Shown here piece after piece: positions 29,995-39,335 of a stretch of 64,000 nucleotides of DNA. The notes below the pieces were generated by a model. The model did not search any database and was not told the origin of the DNA. It saw nothing but the letters and a program-made list of their open reading frames with translations. Position numbers and translations under genes: made by a program. Location of the stretch: NCBI GenBank assembly GCA_041640595.1, contig JBEPZY010000002.1, positions 500,651 to 564,650 of the forward strand. The letters run 5' to 3'. Numbering within the stretch: position 1 is the first letter of the stretch; every line of letters begins with the position of its first letter. This DNA comes from Gemmatales bacterium (GTDB lineage: Bacteria > Planctomycetota > Planctomycetia > Gemmatales > HRBIN36).

Positions 29995-30250
29995 GGAAAG
30001 TGCGCCTTTGGGATGGGCCATCTCGGCCGCCAGCGGTTTATCGGTCTCGGGGACCGGTGCCGGCACCGAAAAGCTCGCGTTCGTAGTTGGACATCTTCGC
30101 GACCAGCGATCTATCGGTCTCAGACAGGGTGCCGCTGTCGGAAAGTACACATCCGGAATGGGCCATCTCTGCGACCAGCAATTTACCGGTCGTCTGGGAT
30201 CGGTGCTACTGCCGAAAGGTCCCCGTTGGAATGCGGCATTTCCCCGCCGA
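29995..30250. repeat. Degenerate tandem array, about 73-bp unit, about 3.5 copies
   Basis: Units start GGAAAG/GAAAAG/GAAAGG at 29995, 30068, 30140, 30214; shared GGCCATCTC..CGACCAGC..TTTATCGGTC...GGTGC; periods 73/72/73. Confidence 0.8.
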
Positions 30251-30596
30251 CCTTCGTGGCCAGATTCGCAACCTGAATGCATCCGCCCGTTCGACGTGCG
30301 GATTCACGAGGTCACCGCGGGAAAGCATTGCGGCCAGATTCACGTTGCTACCGGGCCCCCGGGTAAATATGCGGGGTCATTCTACAGGTTCTCCTGCGTG
30401 TTGGCTGTCGGCACTTTTTCAGCACCAGTTTTGGACGTTCGGAGCGTCCTTCGATGCCAGCCACGCCGAACAGCCGAAAGTATGCTGCGACCAGCACGGT
30501 CAACAGAATCGTTGCTACGTCCCCCAGGTGTCGGTTCGCCGAGCAACTCATTCGTTTCGGGATAGCAACTTCCGATGTCGCGGATGGGAAGCGAAC

Positions 30597-30889
30597 CACG
30601 GCGGGCTGACGCCCGCCGCTCTTGGTTGTGTGTGCGACTCCGCGTTGCGAATCACGGATTTCGTAGCGAACGTGCGGTGTGCACCAGGAGCGGCTGGCGT
30701 AAGCCAGCCGTGGCTAACGAACGCGAATGCACCACAAACGAACGCGACCGCACCAGTGATACCGATAACCACGGCGGGCTGACGCCCGCCGCTCCTGGGC
30801 GAATGTACGTTTGTGCATCGCAAAAATCGCTGTTTCGCCGGCAGACGTTCGCACTGCGACGCAAGAGCGGGGGGTGTAAGCCCCCCGTG
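30597..30889. repeat. REP cluster: four 25-bp palindromes in alternating orientation (BIME/REPIN-like)
   Basis: CACGGCGGGCTGACGCCCGCCGCTC at 30597-30621 and 30770-30794; inverted variants at 30688-30712 and 30865-30889. Confidence 0.9.
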
Positions 30890-30936
30890 AAATGCACTTC
30901 GCATACGCTCGAAACGCGGACATCCATCGCATTGCC

Positions 30937-31045
30937 GTTACAGACGCGGTTTGCGGATACACGGCCGGCTGATGCTGCCGTCACCGCCGCATCGCCAACA
31001 CGCCGCTGAGTTACAGACGCGGTTTGCAGATGCACGGCCGGCTGA
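30937..31045. repeat. 36-bp direct repeat pair with 37-bp spacer
   Basis: GTTACAGACGCGGTTTGC(G/A)GAT(A/G)CACGGCCGGCTGA at 30937-30972 and 31010-31045, 34/36 identical, period 73. Confidence 0.88.
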
Positions 31046-31345
31046 CGGTTGCCCAGCGCACGCAGCAACCTATCCTGGCGGTCGGCTGACGGACGAGCAC
31101 GAATGAACGTCATAACTCTTCCGCCCGAGATTCAGCACCATGGCGGGGGACGTCGCATTCGGCACCACGCCGGGAGAAGCATCGTCGGTGTCGGGAAAGC
31201 TGGGAGTGTACATCATCGGTTTTCTTGAAACCGTCCGGAACGCACGGGGGTATTTATCACTGAACCATGCAAGCCATGAAGTGCGCGAAAGAGGTGCATC
31301 GAACCGAAAGAGCGAATTTGCCAAGACCATCAGGGGGAGAAGCTG

Positions 31346-33079
31346 ATGCGACGGACGTGGTGGCTGGCGCTGGTGGTGTGGTTGTTGTGGCGAGCATCGC
31401 TGACAGCGACGCCGGCGTTGCAACTGGTGCCGGAAGAGGCGGATTTTGCGGTGGCGGTTAATCGTCCGGTGGCCGTGGCAGATACGTTGCTGGCGCTTGC
31501 GACCAGTGAGCGGTTGCAGCAATTTCCGGCCTATCAGGAAGCAATTGGGCAGGTAAACATTCGCCGTTTCCTGCAACTGGTGCGTTATGCTGAGCGGGAA
31601 CTGGGCAAGCCTTGGCGAGAATTGCTGGACAGTTTGGCGGGCGAAGGGATTGTCCTGGCTGGCAAGTATGCTCCGGAGCCGGTACCGGTGCTGGTCGTCG
31701 TGAAGGGACGGGATGCGGCTCTGCTTGAGCGAGCGGTGCGGCTTTTTGGCGAGGTGATTGAACAAGAATTGGCCCGCCGGGATTTGCCGCATCAGCGACA
31801 GAAGCACGAACGTGCCGGGCTGAAGATCACGCAGCTCGGCAATGCCTATTACACTGTTCACGGCCCAGCGCTGTTGGTGAGCAATCGGCTGGAAGTGTTC
31901 GACTACGTGGCCCCGCTGTTGCAGGGAAAAGCGGAGCGGTCGCTGGCTCACTCTGGGAAATGGCGAGCTGCTCAGGCCAGCATTCCTGCTGATGCTGTCG
32001 CCTGGGCGTGGGCGGACTTGCGTCCGACAAAATTGCTGCCGCAGGTACGGCAAGCGGTGGAATTGCCCGGCGATGTGCCAATCGTGCACGTCTTTTTCGG
32101 ACGTTATCTCGACCTGTTCTGGCGAGCGGAATATGTGTCCGCCTGGCTGACACTCGGGCAGCAAGGGGCACAATTGAGCGTGTACGTTCCGGCGGGATGG
32201 AAAGGTTCGGCCCTGTCGGCACGGGCACAAACACCGGCCACGGGTGGGACCCGTCTTCCTCCGCCGCTCACCGTACCGGGCACCATCTACACGAGCAGTT
32301 TTTATTTCGACCCAGCGTCGTTCTTGCATCACCGCGAAAAACTTTTGCGTCCCGATCAGCTCAAGGCTTTCGAGGAGCTGGATAGAAATTCGGCCAAGTT
32401 TCTCCTGGGCAGTCGGCTCAGCGATCTGGTAGCCGGGCTGGGACAGTATCACCGACTGATCGTGGCCCAGCCGGATCGGCAGACGTATGCCTTTCGGCCC
32501 GGCACGGCGATTCCGTCGTTTGCGGTGGTATTGCAACTCAAAGAGCCGGAGAAAATCGGCCCGAAGCTGGAAGCTATCCTGCGCGGAGCCGCTCTGCTGG
32601 CCACGTTTCAAACCCGACTGGAACTGGTCGAGGAAAAGCACGGCGACGTGAAGCTGGTCGGCTATCGCTTCGCTGACAACGATGCCAATCGCGCGGTGCA
32701 GAACGGCTTGCTGTTCAATTTCAGTCCCTGTTTCGCTCAGGTCGGCGACCAGTTTATGCTCTGTTCGACGCTGGAACTAGGCCGGCAAATTGTCCGGGCG
32801 TTGCAGAAGGAAAAGGCGTCGCCTGGCGGCAGTGCTGGCCTGGTCTTTAGCGATGTGTTCAGCTGGGAGGGAATCGTGGATTTGTTGCGAGCGGCGGATG
32901 ATGAACTGCTGGTGCAATTCATGCTGGAGCGCGTGCAAGCTCTGGAATCGGCACGGACGCAGGTGAAGCATTTGCTCGAACTGGTCGCTAGCCTGGGCCG
33001 CATTGAAGCGCACCTGCAGATGGCGGAAGAAAAGTCCCAGCTTGATCTTCGCTGGCAATTGGCGCCAGAACGGCGATAG
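31346..33079 (+). CDS. Secreted hypothetical protein (DUF3352-like)
   Basis: Signal peptide, LVPEEADFAV, LLVSNR and IPADAVAWAWADL motifs; first gene of the DUF1800/DUF1501 operon. Confidence 0.7.
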   Translation: MRRTWWLALVVWLLWRASLTATPALQLVPEEADFAVAVNRPVAVADTLLALATSERLQQFPAYQEAIGQVNIRRFLQLVRYAERELGKPWRELLDSLAGEGIVLAGKYAPEPVPVLVVVKGRDAALLERAVRLFGEVIEQELARRDLPHQRQKHERAGLKITQLGNAYYTVHGPALLVSNRLEVFDYVAPLLQGKAERSLAHSGKWRAAQASIPADAVAWAWADLRPTKLLPQVRQAVELPGDVPIVHVFFGRYLDLFWRAEYVSAWLTLGQQGAQLSVYVPAGWKGSALSARAQTPATGGTRLPPPLTVPGTIYTSSFYFDPASFLHHREKLLRPDQLKAFEELDRNSAKFLLGSRLSDLVAGLGQYHRLIVAQPDRQTYAFRPGTAIPSFAVVLQLKEPEKIGPKLEAILRGAALLATFQTRLELVEEKHGDVKLVGYRFADNDANRAVQNGLLFNFSPCFAQVGDQFMLCSTLELGRQIVRALQKEKASPGGSAGLVFSDVFSWEGIVDLLRAADDELLVQFMLERVQALESARTQVKHLLELVASLGRIEAHLQMAEEKSQLDLRWQLAPERR

Positions 33080-33129
33080 CGTAGCGCAATTCCACGCATC
33101 GAGGGTTTGCCGGAGCAACGGGAGGAAAC

Positions 33130-34563
33130 ATGGTGCGGCAGAACAACGGCATAGCCAACGGACAATCCGGGAAACAGCTCGATCCGCAATGGGCCTGGCA
33201 ACCCTATCAGCCCGACGCTCATCGGCCCTGGAATCTCCAGCGGGCCGGGCATCTGTATCGGCGAGCGGCGTTCGCTGCGAACTGGTCGGAGTTGCAACGG
33301 GCGGTGCAGGATGGGCCTCAGAAAACCGTCGAACGCCTGCTGACTCCGGGGCCGGACTATGAGGCATTCGATCGCGGCATGGACGAACTGGCAGCTCGCA
33401 TCGCCAAAGGTAACAACACCGTTCATCTGCGTGCCTGGTGGCTGGCGCGGATGATCCGCACGCCGTTCCCGCTTATCGAGAAAATGACGTTGTTCTGGCA
33501 CAATCACTTCGCCACCAGCAACGCCAAAGTGAACAACGTCGGTTACATGCTCCAGCAGAACCAGACGTTGCGGCGTTTTGCCCTGGGCTCGTTTGCGGAA
33601 ATGTTGCAGGCGATTTCCAAAGACCCGGCCATGATGGTCTGGCTCGACACGAATTTGAGCAAGAAAGGCCGGCCCAACGAAAACTACGCCCGCGAACTGA
33701 TGGAGCTATTCAGCCTGGGCATTGGCAACTACACGGAGCAGGATATCCGCGAAGCTGCCCGTGCGTTTACCGGTTGGGAAATCCGCCAGGGCAAGTTTCA
33801 CTTCAACGCGGCCGAGCATGACGACGGCGAAAAAACTGTGTTCGGTCGCACTGGCCGCTGGCAGGGCGAAGACATTGTCCGCATGTGTCTGGAACACCCG
33901 GCCTGTGCGCGGTTTATAGCACGGAAACTGTTTCGCTATTTTGTGAGCGAAACGCTGGAACCAAATGCCGAACTCCTCGAACCGCTTGCCCAGTGCCTGC
34001 GACGCAACCAGTACCAGATTGGGGAAGCGGTGCGGATGATTTTGACCTCGAATATCTTTTATTCGGAACACGCTTACCGGGCCCGCGTAAAATCGCCGGT
34101 GGAATTTGCCGTCGGCATCATCCGAGCGCTGGAAGGACAGCCGAACGCGATTGCACTGGCTAACGCACTGGAAAATGTTGGCCAGCGGCTGTTTTACCCG
34201 CCGTCCGTGAAAGGGTGGGACGGAGGCCCAGCCTGGCTGAATTCGACGACGCTACTGGCACGCAACAATCTGGCGCAGGCGCTGGTCTCGGGCGAGGACC
34301 CGCAGTTCGGTTCCCGCTGTGATCCCGTGCTGGTACTGCGAAAGTACGGACGCGAGTCCGAGGAGCAGGCGCTGGCGTTCTTCCTCGATTTATTCCTGCA
34401 AGGAGACCTCGCCCCGGAGGCGCGACAAGGTCTGGCCGGCTACCTGCGTGAGTCCGAGCAATTTCGCTGGCCCGTGTACTGGACCGAGCAGGACCGGCAC
34501 GAACATCGCCTGCGGGCAGTATGCTACCTGGTGCTGACCCAACCGGAATTTCAACTCGATTGA
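33130..34563 (+). CDS. DUF1800 family protein
   Basis: HLYRRAAF, EKMTLFWHNHFATS, DPAMMVWLD, PNENYARELMELFSLG, EAARAFTGW, PPSVKGW, PEFQL. Confidence 0.92.
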   Translation: MVRQNNGIANGQSGKQLDPQWAWQPYQPDAHRPWNLQRAGHLYRRAAFAANWSELQRAVQDGPQKTVERLLTPGPDYEAFDRGMDELAARIAKGNNTVHLRAWWLARMIRTPFPLIEKMTLFWHNHFATSNAKVNNVGYMLQQNQTLRRFALGSFAEMLQAISKDPAMMVWLDTNLSKKGRPNENYARELMELFSLGIGNYTEQDIREAARAFTGWEIRQGKFHFNAAEHDDGEKTVFGRTGRWQGEDIVRMCLEHPACARFIARKLFRYFVSETLEPNAELLEPLAQCLRRNQYQIGEAVRMILTSNIFYSEHAYRARVKSPVEFAVGIIRALEGQPNAIALANALENVGQRLFYPPSVKGWDGGPAWLNSTTLLARNNLAQALVSGEDPQFGSRCDPVLVLRKYGRESEEQALAFFLDLFLQGDLAPEARQGLAGYLRESEQFRWPVYWTEQDRHEHRLRAVCYLVLTQPEFQLD

Positions 34564-34644
34564 TCGCCGGGCCTCGCTGCTGCAATGGCAACACGGAGCA
34601 CACGCCCCCGCGGCTGGGGGATGAACCTATCGGAGGGCAAAACC

Positions 34645-35880
34645 ATGCTGAATCGCCGCGAATTTTTAGCGACATCGCTTGTCGGTTCGAGTCTGGTGGC
34701 GCTGCGCGGATGGGGGCCAGGATTTCTGGCGCGAACGGCCCTGGCAGCTCCCACCGCCGACTCTCCCGGAGCCAAGGATACCATCCTGGTCGTCATCCAG
34801 CTGACCGGCGGCAATGATGGTTTGAACACCGTTGTGCCCTTTAAAGACCCGCTGTATGCCAAATATCGTCCCACCTTGCAGTTGCCCCGGGCGCAACTGC
34901 AGAAGGTCAACGACGAAATCGGCCTGCATCCGTCCATGAATGGTTTTGCCGAGTTGTTGCAGGACGGGGCGTTGTGCATTGTGCAAGGGGTCGGCTATCC
35001 GAATCCCAGTCAGTCGCATTTCCGGAGCATGGATATCTGGCACGCTGCCAGCACTCGAGAAACCCTGACCGAGGGCTGGCTCGGTAAAGCACTGCATCGG
35101 CTGCCGCAAACTGGAGCGTTTCACGTAGCGATGGCTAACGAACCGAACTGGCTGGCGTTGCAGGGGGCACCGTTCAAAGTCCCGGCCCTGACCAGCCTGG
35201 AAGATTTTCAACTGCGAACACCGGCGGCCAGCGGTAGCGATCAGCGTTCGCAACGCCAGGTGCTCGAAGCATCTGTCAAGCGGCCAGCCGATAACCCCTT
35301 GCTGAGCTTTGTCCAGCAAACCGCTCTCAATACCTACGAGAACACCCGCCGACTCCGCGAAATTGGCCGAAATTATCAGCCCAAAGTTCCCTATCCGCAG
35401 ACCGGTCTGGCGAATCGGTTGCGGCTGGTGGCTCAGCTCATCGAAGCCAATCTGGGTGCTCGCATTTACTACGTCTCGCTGGACGGCTTTGATACCCATG
35501 CCTCGCAGGCAAACACTCACGCCAATCTGCTCGCCGAATTGTCCGGTGCGGTAACGGCATTCTTCAAAGACATGGCGGCCCGCGGCCATCGCGATCGGCT
35601 GTGCATTATGACCTTCTCCGAATTTGGCCGAAGGGTGCAGGAAAACGGCTCGCGCGGTACTGATCACGGCAGCGCTGCTCCGATGTTCCTCATTGGTGGT
35701 CGGGTTCGCGCCGGACTGGTCGGCGAACATCCCAGCCTGGAGAAACTCGAATTCGGCAACCTGAAACATCACACGGACTTCCGGCAGGTGTACGCCGCCG
35801 TTTTGGAAAAATGGCTCGGCATCCCCAGTCAGGGTATCCTGGACGGCCAGTTCAAGCCGCTTGACGTATTCCGCTCGTAG
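34645..35880 (+). CDS. DUF1501 family protein with Tat signal
   Basis: NRREFL Tat motif, QLTGGNDGLNTVVP, SHFRSMDIW, GFDTH, FSEFGRRV.ENGS.GTDHG, DFRQVYA. Confidence 0.93.
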   Translation: MLNRREFLATSLVGSSLVALRGWGPGFLARTALAAPTADSPGAKDTILVVIQLTGGNDGLNTVVPFKDPLYAKYRPTLQLPRAQLQKVNDEIGLHPSMNGFAELLQDGALCIVQGVGYPNPSQSHFRSMDIWHAASTRETLTEGWLGKALHRLPQTGAFHVAMANEPNWLALQGAPFKVPALTSLEDFQLRTPAASGSDQRSQRQVLEASVKRPADNPLLSFVQQTALNTYENTRRLREIGRNYQPKVPYPQTGLANRLRLVAQLIEANLGARIYYVSLDGFDTHASQANTHANLLAELSGAVTAFFKDMAARGHRDRLCIMTFSEFGRRVQENGSRGTDHGSAAPMFLIGGRVRAGLVGEHPSLEKLEFGNLKHHTDFRQVYAAVLEKWLGIPSQGILDGQFKPLDVFRS

Positions 35881-37038
35881 TCAGGGGCGGAAACGTACGC
35901 GGCCAGGATGCCAGTCTGGCTCGGCGACTGGCTGACCGGTCAGCAGGCGAACCAGCATTTCGGCCAGATTCTGCCGGCACAATTGCCGCTGACCCAGATA
36001 GGAAGTCGTCAGGCGTGGATTGATCTCGATGACGTAATCTTCCGTACCCCGCGAGTCGGGGCCAAGCACCAGGTCGATACCGACATAACCCCGCAATTTG
36101 GGAAATGCCGCGAGGGCAGCCTCGGCGAGCCGGCGTGCGCGATGTTCCAGATCCGATGGCAGCGGCAACTCACCGCCGAGATAGCGAAACTGACCATCGG
36201 CGCTCAGGATTTGATAACCGCCACGCAAGAATATCCGGCGATTTTCACCGCAAAGGCAAGCGATACTGGCGGCAGTGCCGGGAACGTAGCGTTGCCACAA
36301 CCACTTGGCCGACTCAAACTCCGTCGCCGTTGACGGTGCCAAAGAGGTATCCGGAGCGGCGGACGTTACTCCGTCGTGTTTTCCAACGCAAGAGTGCTGC
36401 GAGTTTTCTCGCCCTGATTCGGAATCGGTGGCGGCACAGTCCCCGTCTATCCTGAATTCGCAGGTGCTCCGGGAGTGACCGTCATCCTTCTGGTGCGGCG
36501 GTAAGGTCTGGCTGAGCAAACGCACCTGCCAGGAACCGGCACCGAAGCGCGGTTTACGTACCAGGGGAGCAATATCGCCCGGCTCAGTCAGCCAGGTTTC
36601 CGGCACAGGGACACCGCACCGGCGCAAACGCACATACTGCTGCCACTTGTCGGTCACTTCCACCAGCACCCGCACCGGTGTGCCCAGAAGGAATACGCCG
36701 CTCGACTCCACCCACTGACACCGCGTTGTCAAAATATGTTCCAGTTCGGGAGCGATAATCCAGGCCGCGTCGGCCTGCTGCAAACAGCGCAAAAATGCTT
36801 CCCGTTCATCCGTAACCTGGTCGCCGTCCAGGGTGATGACGTCGAAACCTGCGGCGCGGCAGTCGAAAGCGAGCGCGTCGCGCATAGCCCGGCCTTCACG
36901 GCGAATTGCTGCCGTGAGTGCCTGGCCCGGCGATGGATACGGGCCTGAGCAGGCATCTTTTGGGGCATTCGTAGCTGCGGCAGGAAACGATGGCCTTTCG
37001 GGTTGGGCGCAGGCGTATTCGTAAACGAAGATTCGCAT
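35881..37038 (-). CDS. ATP-grasp domain protein (MfnD-like, C1-transfer cofactor biosynthesis type)
   Basis: MRIFVYEY, EGRAMRDAL, IIAPE, KPRFGAGS, FRYLGG, GYVGIDLV, VIEINPRLTTSY. Confidence 0.8.
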   Translation of the reverse strand: MRIFVYEYACAQPERPSFPAAATNAPKDACSGPYPSPGQALTAAIRREGRAMRDALAFDCRAAGFDVITLDGDQVTDEREAFLRCLQQADAAWIIAPELEHILTTRCQWVESSGVFLLGTPVRVLVEVTDKWQQYVRLRRCGVPVPETWLTEPGDIAPLVRKPRFGAGSWQVRLLSQTLPPHQKDDGHSRSTCEFRIDGDCAATDSESGRENSQHSCVGKHDGVTSAAPDTSLAPSTATEFESAKWLWQRYVPGTAASIACLCGENRRIFLRGGYQILSADGQFRYLGGELPLPSDLEHRARRLAEAALAAFPKLRGYVGIDLVLGPDSRGTEDYVIEINPRLTTSYLGQRQLCRQNLAEMLVRLLTGQPVAEPDWHPGRVRFRP

Positions 37039-37065
37039 GGCTGCGGCAAGTGTCCGATGCAGGCG

Positions 37066-38994
37066 TCAGATCATGTAATACCAGTCCGGCGGTTCGGTGG
37101 AAGTGTTGCGACGCGGACAACAGGGGCAGAGATCCTCGCCCAGTTCCGCATACGCCTGGCGAACTGCCTCAAGTGTGCTCGACCAGGTAGCCCTCGCTTC
37201 CAGAAACAGATATTTCTGGCCGAGCCGGCGTGTCAGACCGCACCGTTCAAAAGCGTCCGCCAGGTCTTTGCGCACACCGCAGAAATAAACGCGGATATTC
37301 CTTGCCTGCAAATCGGCGACAAACTCGTCCAGCAGCCGCAAGCATACCGCATCCGGATTACGGACACGCTTCATTCGCAGCACCACGATCCGCGCTAGCT
37401 GGCCACATTGTTTGCGAATGTGCTCCAGCTGCTGCTCCAGGTCCGCCGCCGAACCGAAAAATAGTTCGCCTTCCAGGTTGAAAATCAGCAGCCGAGTGCA
37501 CAGCGTATCGTTTGGCTGAGCTTCGCGAAGCACCCGTTCGGGTGTAAGTGTCAATCGAGTCATGTGAATCCGTGCCGCCCGCGGTACATAAAACACGAAG
37601 GAACAGAAGGTGCCGATCAAGATGCAAAACTCCACGGAAATAGCTACAGCGGAGATGGCGGTGATAAGCACAATGGCGGCATCGAACCGAGACGCTCGCA
37701 GGTGATAGAGCAAATCGTGGTACCGGATCATGCGAAAGGCCGTGACAAGCAGGATGCCCGACAGTGCTGCCCGCGGAACATACCGGGCGTACGGGGCGAA
37801 CAACACCATCGTCCCTGCCACTGCCACTGCGGCAATTACTCCCGACCACTGGCTAACCGCCCCGGCCATCTGATTGACTGCCGAGCGTGTGAGCGAGCCT
37901 GACCCAGGCATGCACTGGAAAAACGAACCACTCAGGTTAGCCACCGCTTCGCTGAGACATTGCTGATGGACATCAAGTTTCTGGCGAGTCTGAGCGGCAA
38001 TGGCTTTGGCCATGGCCAGCGCTTCCAGTAAACCGAGGATGGCAATCGCCAGAGCGCTGGGAGCAAGCTGCGTCATCAACCGCCAGTCCCACGGTGGCAC
38101 TTGCGGATGGGGCAGGTGCCGGGGAATTTCTCCAACGGTTCGCACCCCCTTTTCCTCCAACCCCAGCCAGTAGGTAACCGCTCCGGCAAGGAGAACAGTC
38201 AGAAGAAACTCCGGAATGCGAAACCGCCGCAATCCCAGCCCGCGATTGACCAGCATCAACAGGAGTATCCCGCCGATCGTTCCCAGTCCCACGGCCATGG
38301 TAGCCGGATGAATCCCACCTCCTTCCGTCCAGGTTCGCCAGAACCGCACCAGAAAATGCTCCTGCCCACTGCCCACGGAGCGCAGACCGAGCAAATGCTT
38401 GAGCTGGTCGAGCACCAGCATCAGGGATGCCCCGACCGTGAAGCCAACGATGACCGCGTGAGAAATGTAGCGTGTAAGATCGCCGAGCCGCAGCAGGGTG
38501 ATCGCCAGTTGTATCAACCCGACCAGGAAAGCCATCAAAACGGCTCCACGAACGAGGGTCTCGACATTGCCGTTATCAGCGACGGCCAGTGGCGCAAGTG
38601 CGCTGAGCAGAGCAATACTGATGGCGTTGGTCGGGCCGTTGATCAACTGCCGGGACGAATCCAGCAATGCCCCGACCGCTGTCATCACGATGGCTGTGTA
38701 CAGGCCGTATTGCGGCGGCAAGCCAACGATCATCGCATAAGCCATCGCCTGAGGCACAGCCAGAGCAGCCACCGACAAACCGGCAACCATGTCGCGCCAG
38801 GCCGACTCCCAGCTGTAGGTCCGTAACGCTTCCAGTGCCGGAATCCGTTTCAACAACCAGGTTTGCCAGTCCCAGCTTTCCCCGGCAGCAGCGGCGGTAT
38901 CGCCAGTGCCAGCTTCCAACAAACTGGCCTGAGTTACCTCCTCGCCGTTTACGCTGGGTACCAGAGTGGCAGGGCTTTCTTGCCGTTGTTCCAT
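37066..38994 (-). CDS. SulP family anion transporter with STAS domain
   Basis: DMVAGLSVA..AVPQAMAYA, GPTNAIS, GSGSLTRSAVN, LEGELFFGSA. Confidence 0.93.
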   Translation of the reverse strand: MEQRQESPATLVPSVNGEEVTQASLLEAGTGDTAAAAGESWDWQTWLLKRIPALEALRTYSWESAWRDMVAGLSVAALAVPQAMAYAMIVGLPPQYGLYTAIVMTAVGALLDSSRQLINGPTNAISIALLSALAPLAVADNGNVETLVRGAVLMAFLVGLIQLAITLLRLGDLTRYISHAVIVGFTVGASLMLVLDQLKHLLGLRSVGSGQEHFLVRFWRTWTEGGGIHPATMAVGLGTIGGILLLMLVNRGLGLRRFRIPEFLLTVLLAGAVTYWLGLEEKGVRTVGEIPRHLPHPQVPPWDWRLMTQLAPSALAIAILGLLEALAMAKAIAAQTRQKLDVHQQCLSEAVANLSGSFFQCMPGSGSLTRSAVNQMAGAVSQWSGVIAAVAVAGTMVLFAPYARYVPRAALSGILLVTAFRMIRYHDLLYHLRASRFDAAIVLITAISAVAISVEFCILIGTFCSFVFYVPRAARIHMTRLTLTPERVLREAQPNDTLCTRLLIFNLEGELFFGSAADLEQQLEHIRKQCGQLARIVVLRMKRVRNPDAVCLRLLDEFVADLQARNIRVYFCGVRKDLADAFERCGLTRRLGQKYLFLEARATWSSTLEAVRQAYAELGEDLCPCCPRRNTSTEPPDWYYMI

Positions 38995-39335
38995 GACAGC
39001 GGAACTTCCTTCTTTCAAAAGTTATCCTCAGGCACGTGGCTGTCGAGGTTTACGAAGCAAGGCGTGCCATCCGTGACAGGCTGGGCCGCAGTTCCGGTCA
39101 AGGCATCCCAGGCGTTCGACCGGTGCCTTGTCATGTTTGTCGAGCATGATGATAATCATAATCGTCAATGTCAGGGTGATTATACCAGTCCAGGCAGCAC
39201 TTTGCTCGAAATTCCCGGGAAGCCAGAGAAGCCAAGCAGACTGTGACGGAACGGCAAGGATAAGCGTCTGTCATGCTGGGATGGGTCTTCGCCGGAACAC
39301 CGTTTTGGCCTCCTGAGCTGCGAGGGGTAAGCGGA

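Noticed and set aside
29995..30250. tRNA array or coding repeat (24-aa LRR)
   Set aside because: No T-loop GTTCRA or cloverleaf on either strand; periods 73/72/73 break frame and translations show no repeat-protein motif
30937..31045. Bona fide CRISPR array
   Set aside because: Only two repeats, no leader and no cas genes; kept as a repeat and a finding rather than a CRISPR feature
29861..31113. ORFs of 100-230 aa across the repeat/REP region
   Set aside because: Translations of repeats (for example HGGLTPAA from the REPs) with no protein-like composition
39054..39070. Sigma-54 promoter for sulP (TGGCACG-CC-TTGCT, minus strand)
   Set aside because: GG-to-GC spacing is 8 nt instead of the required 10
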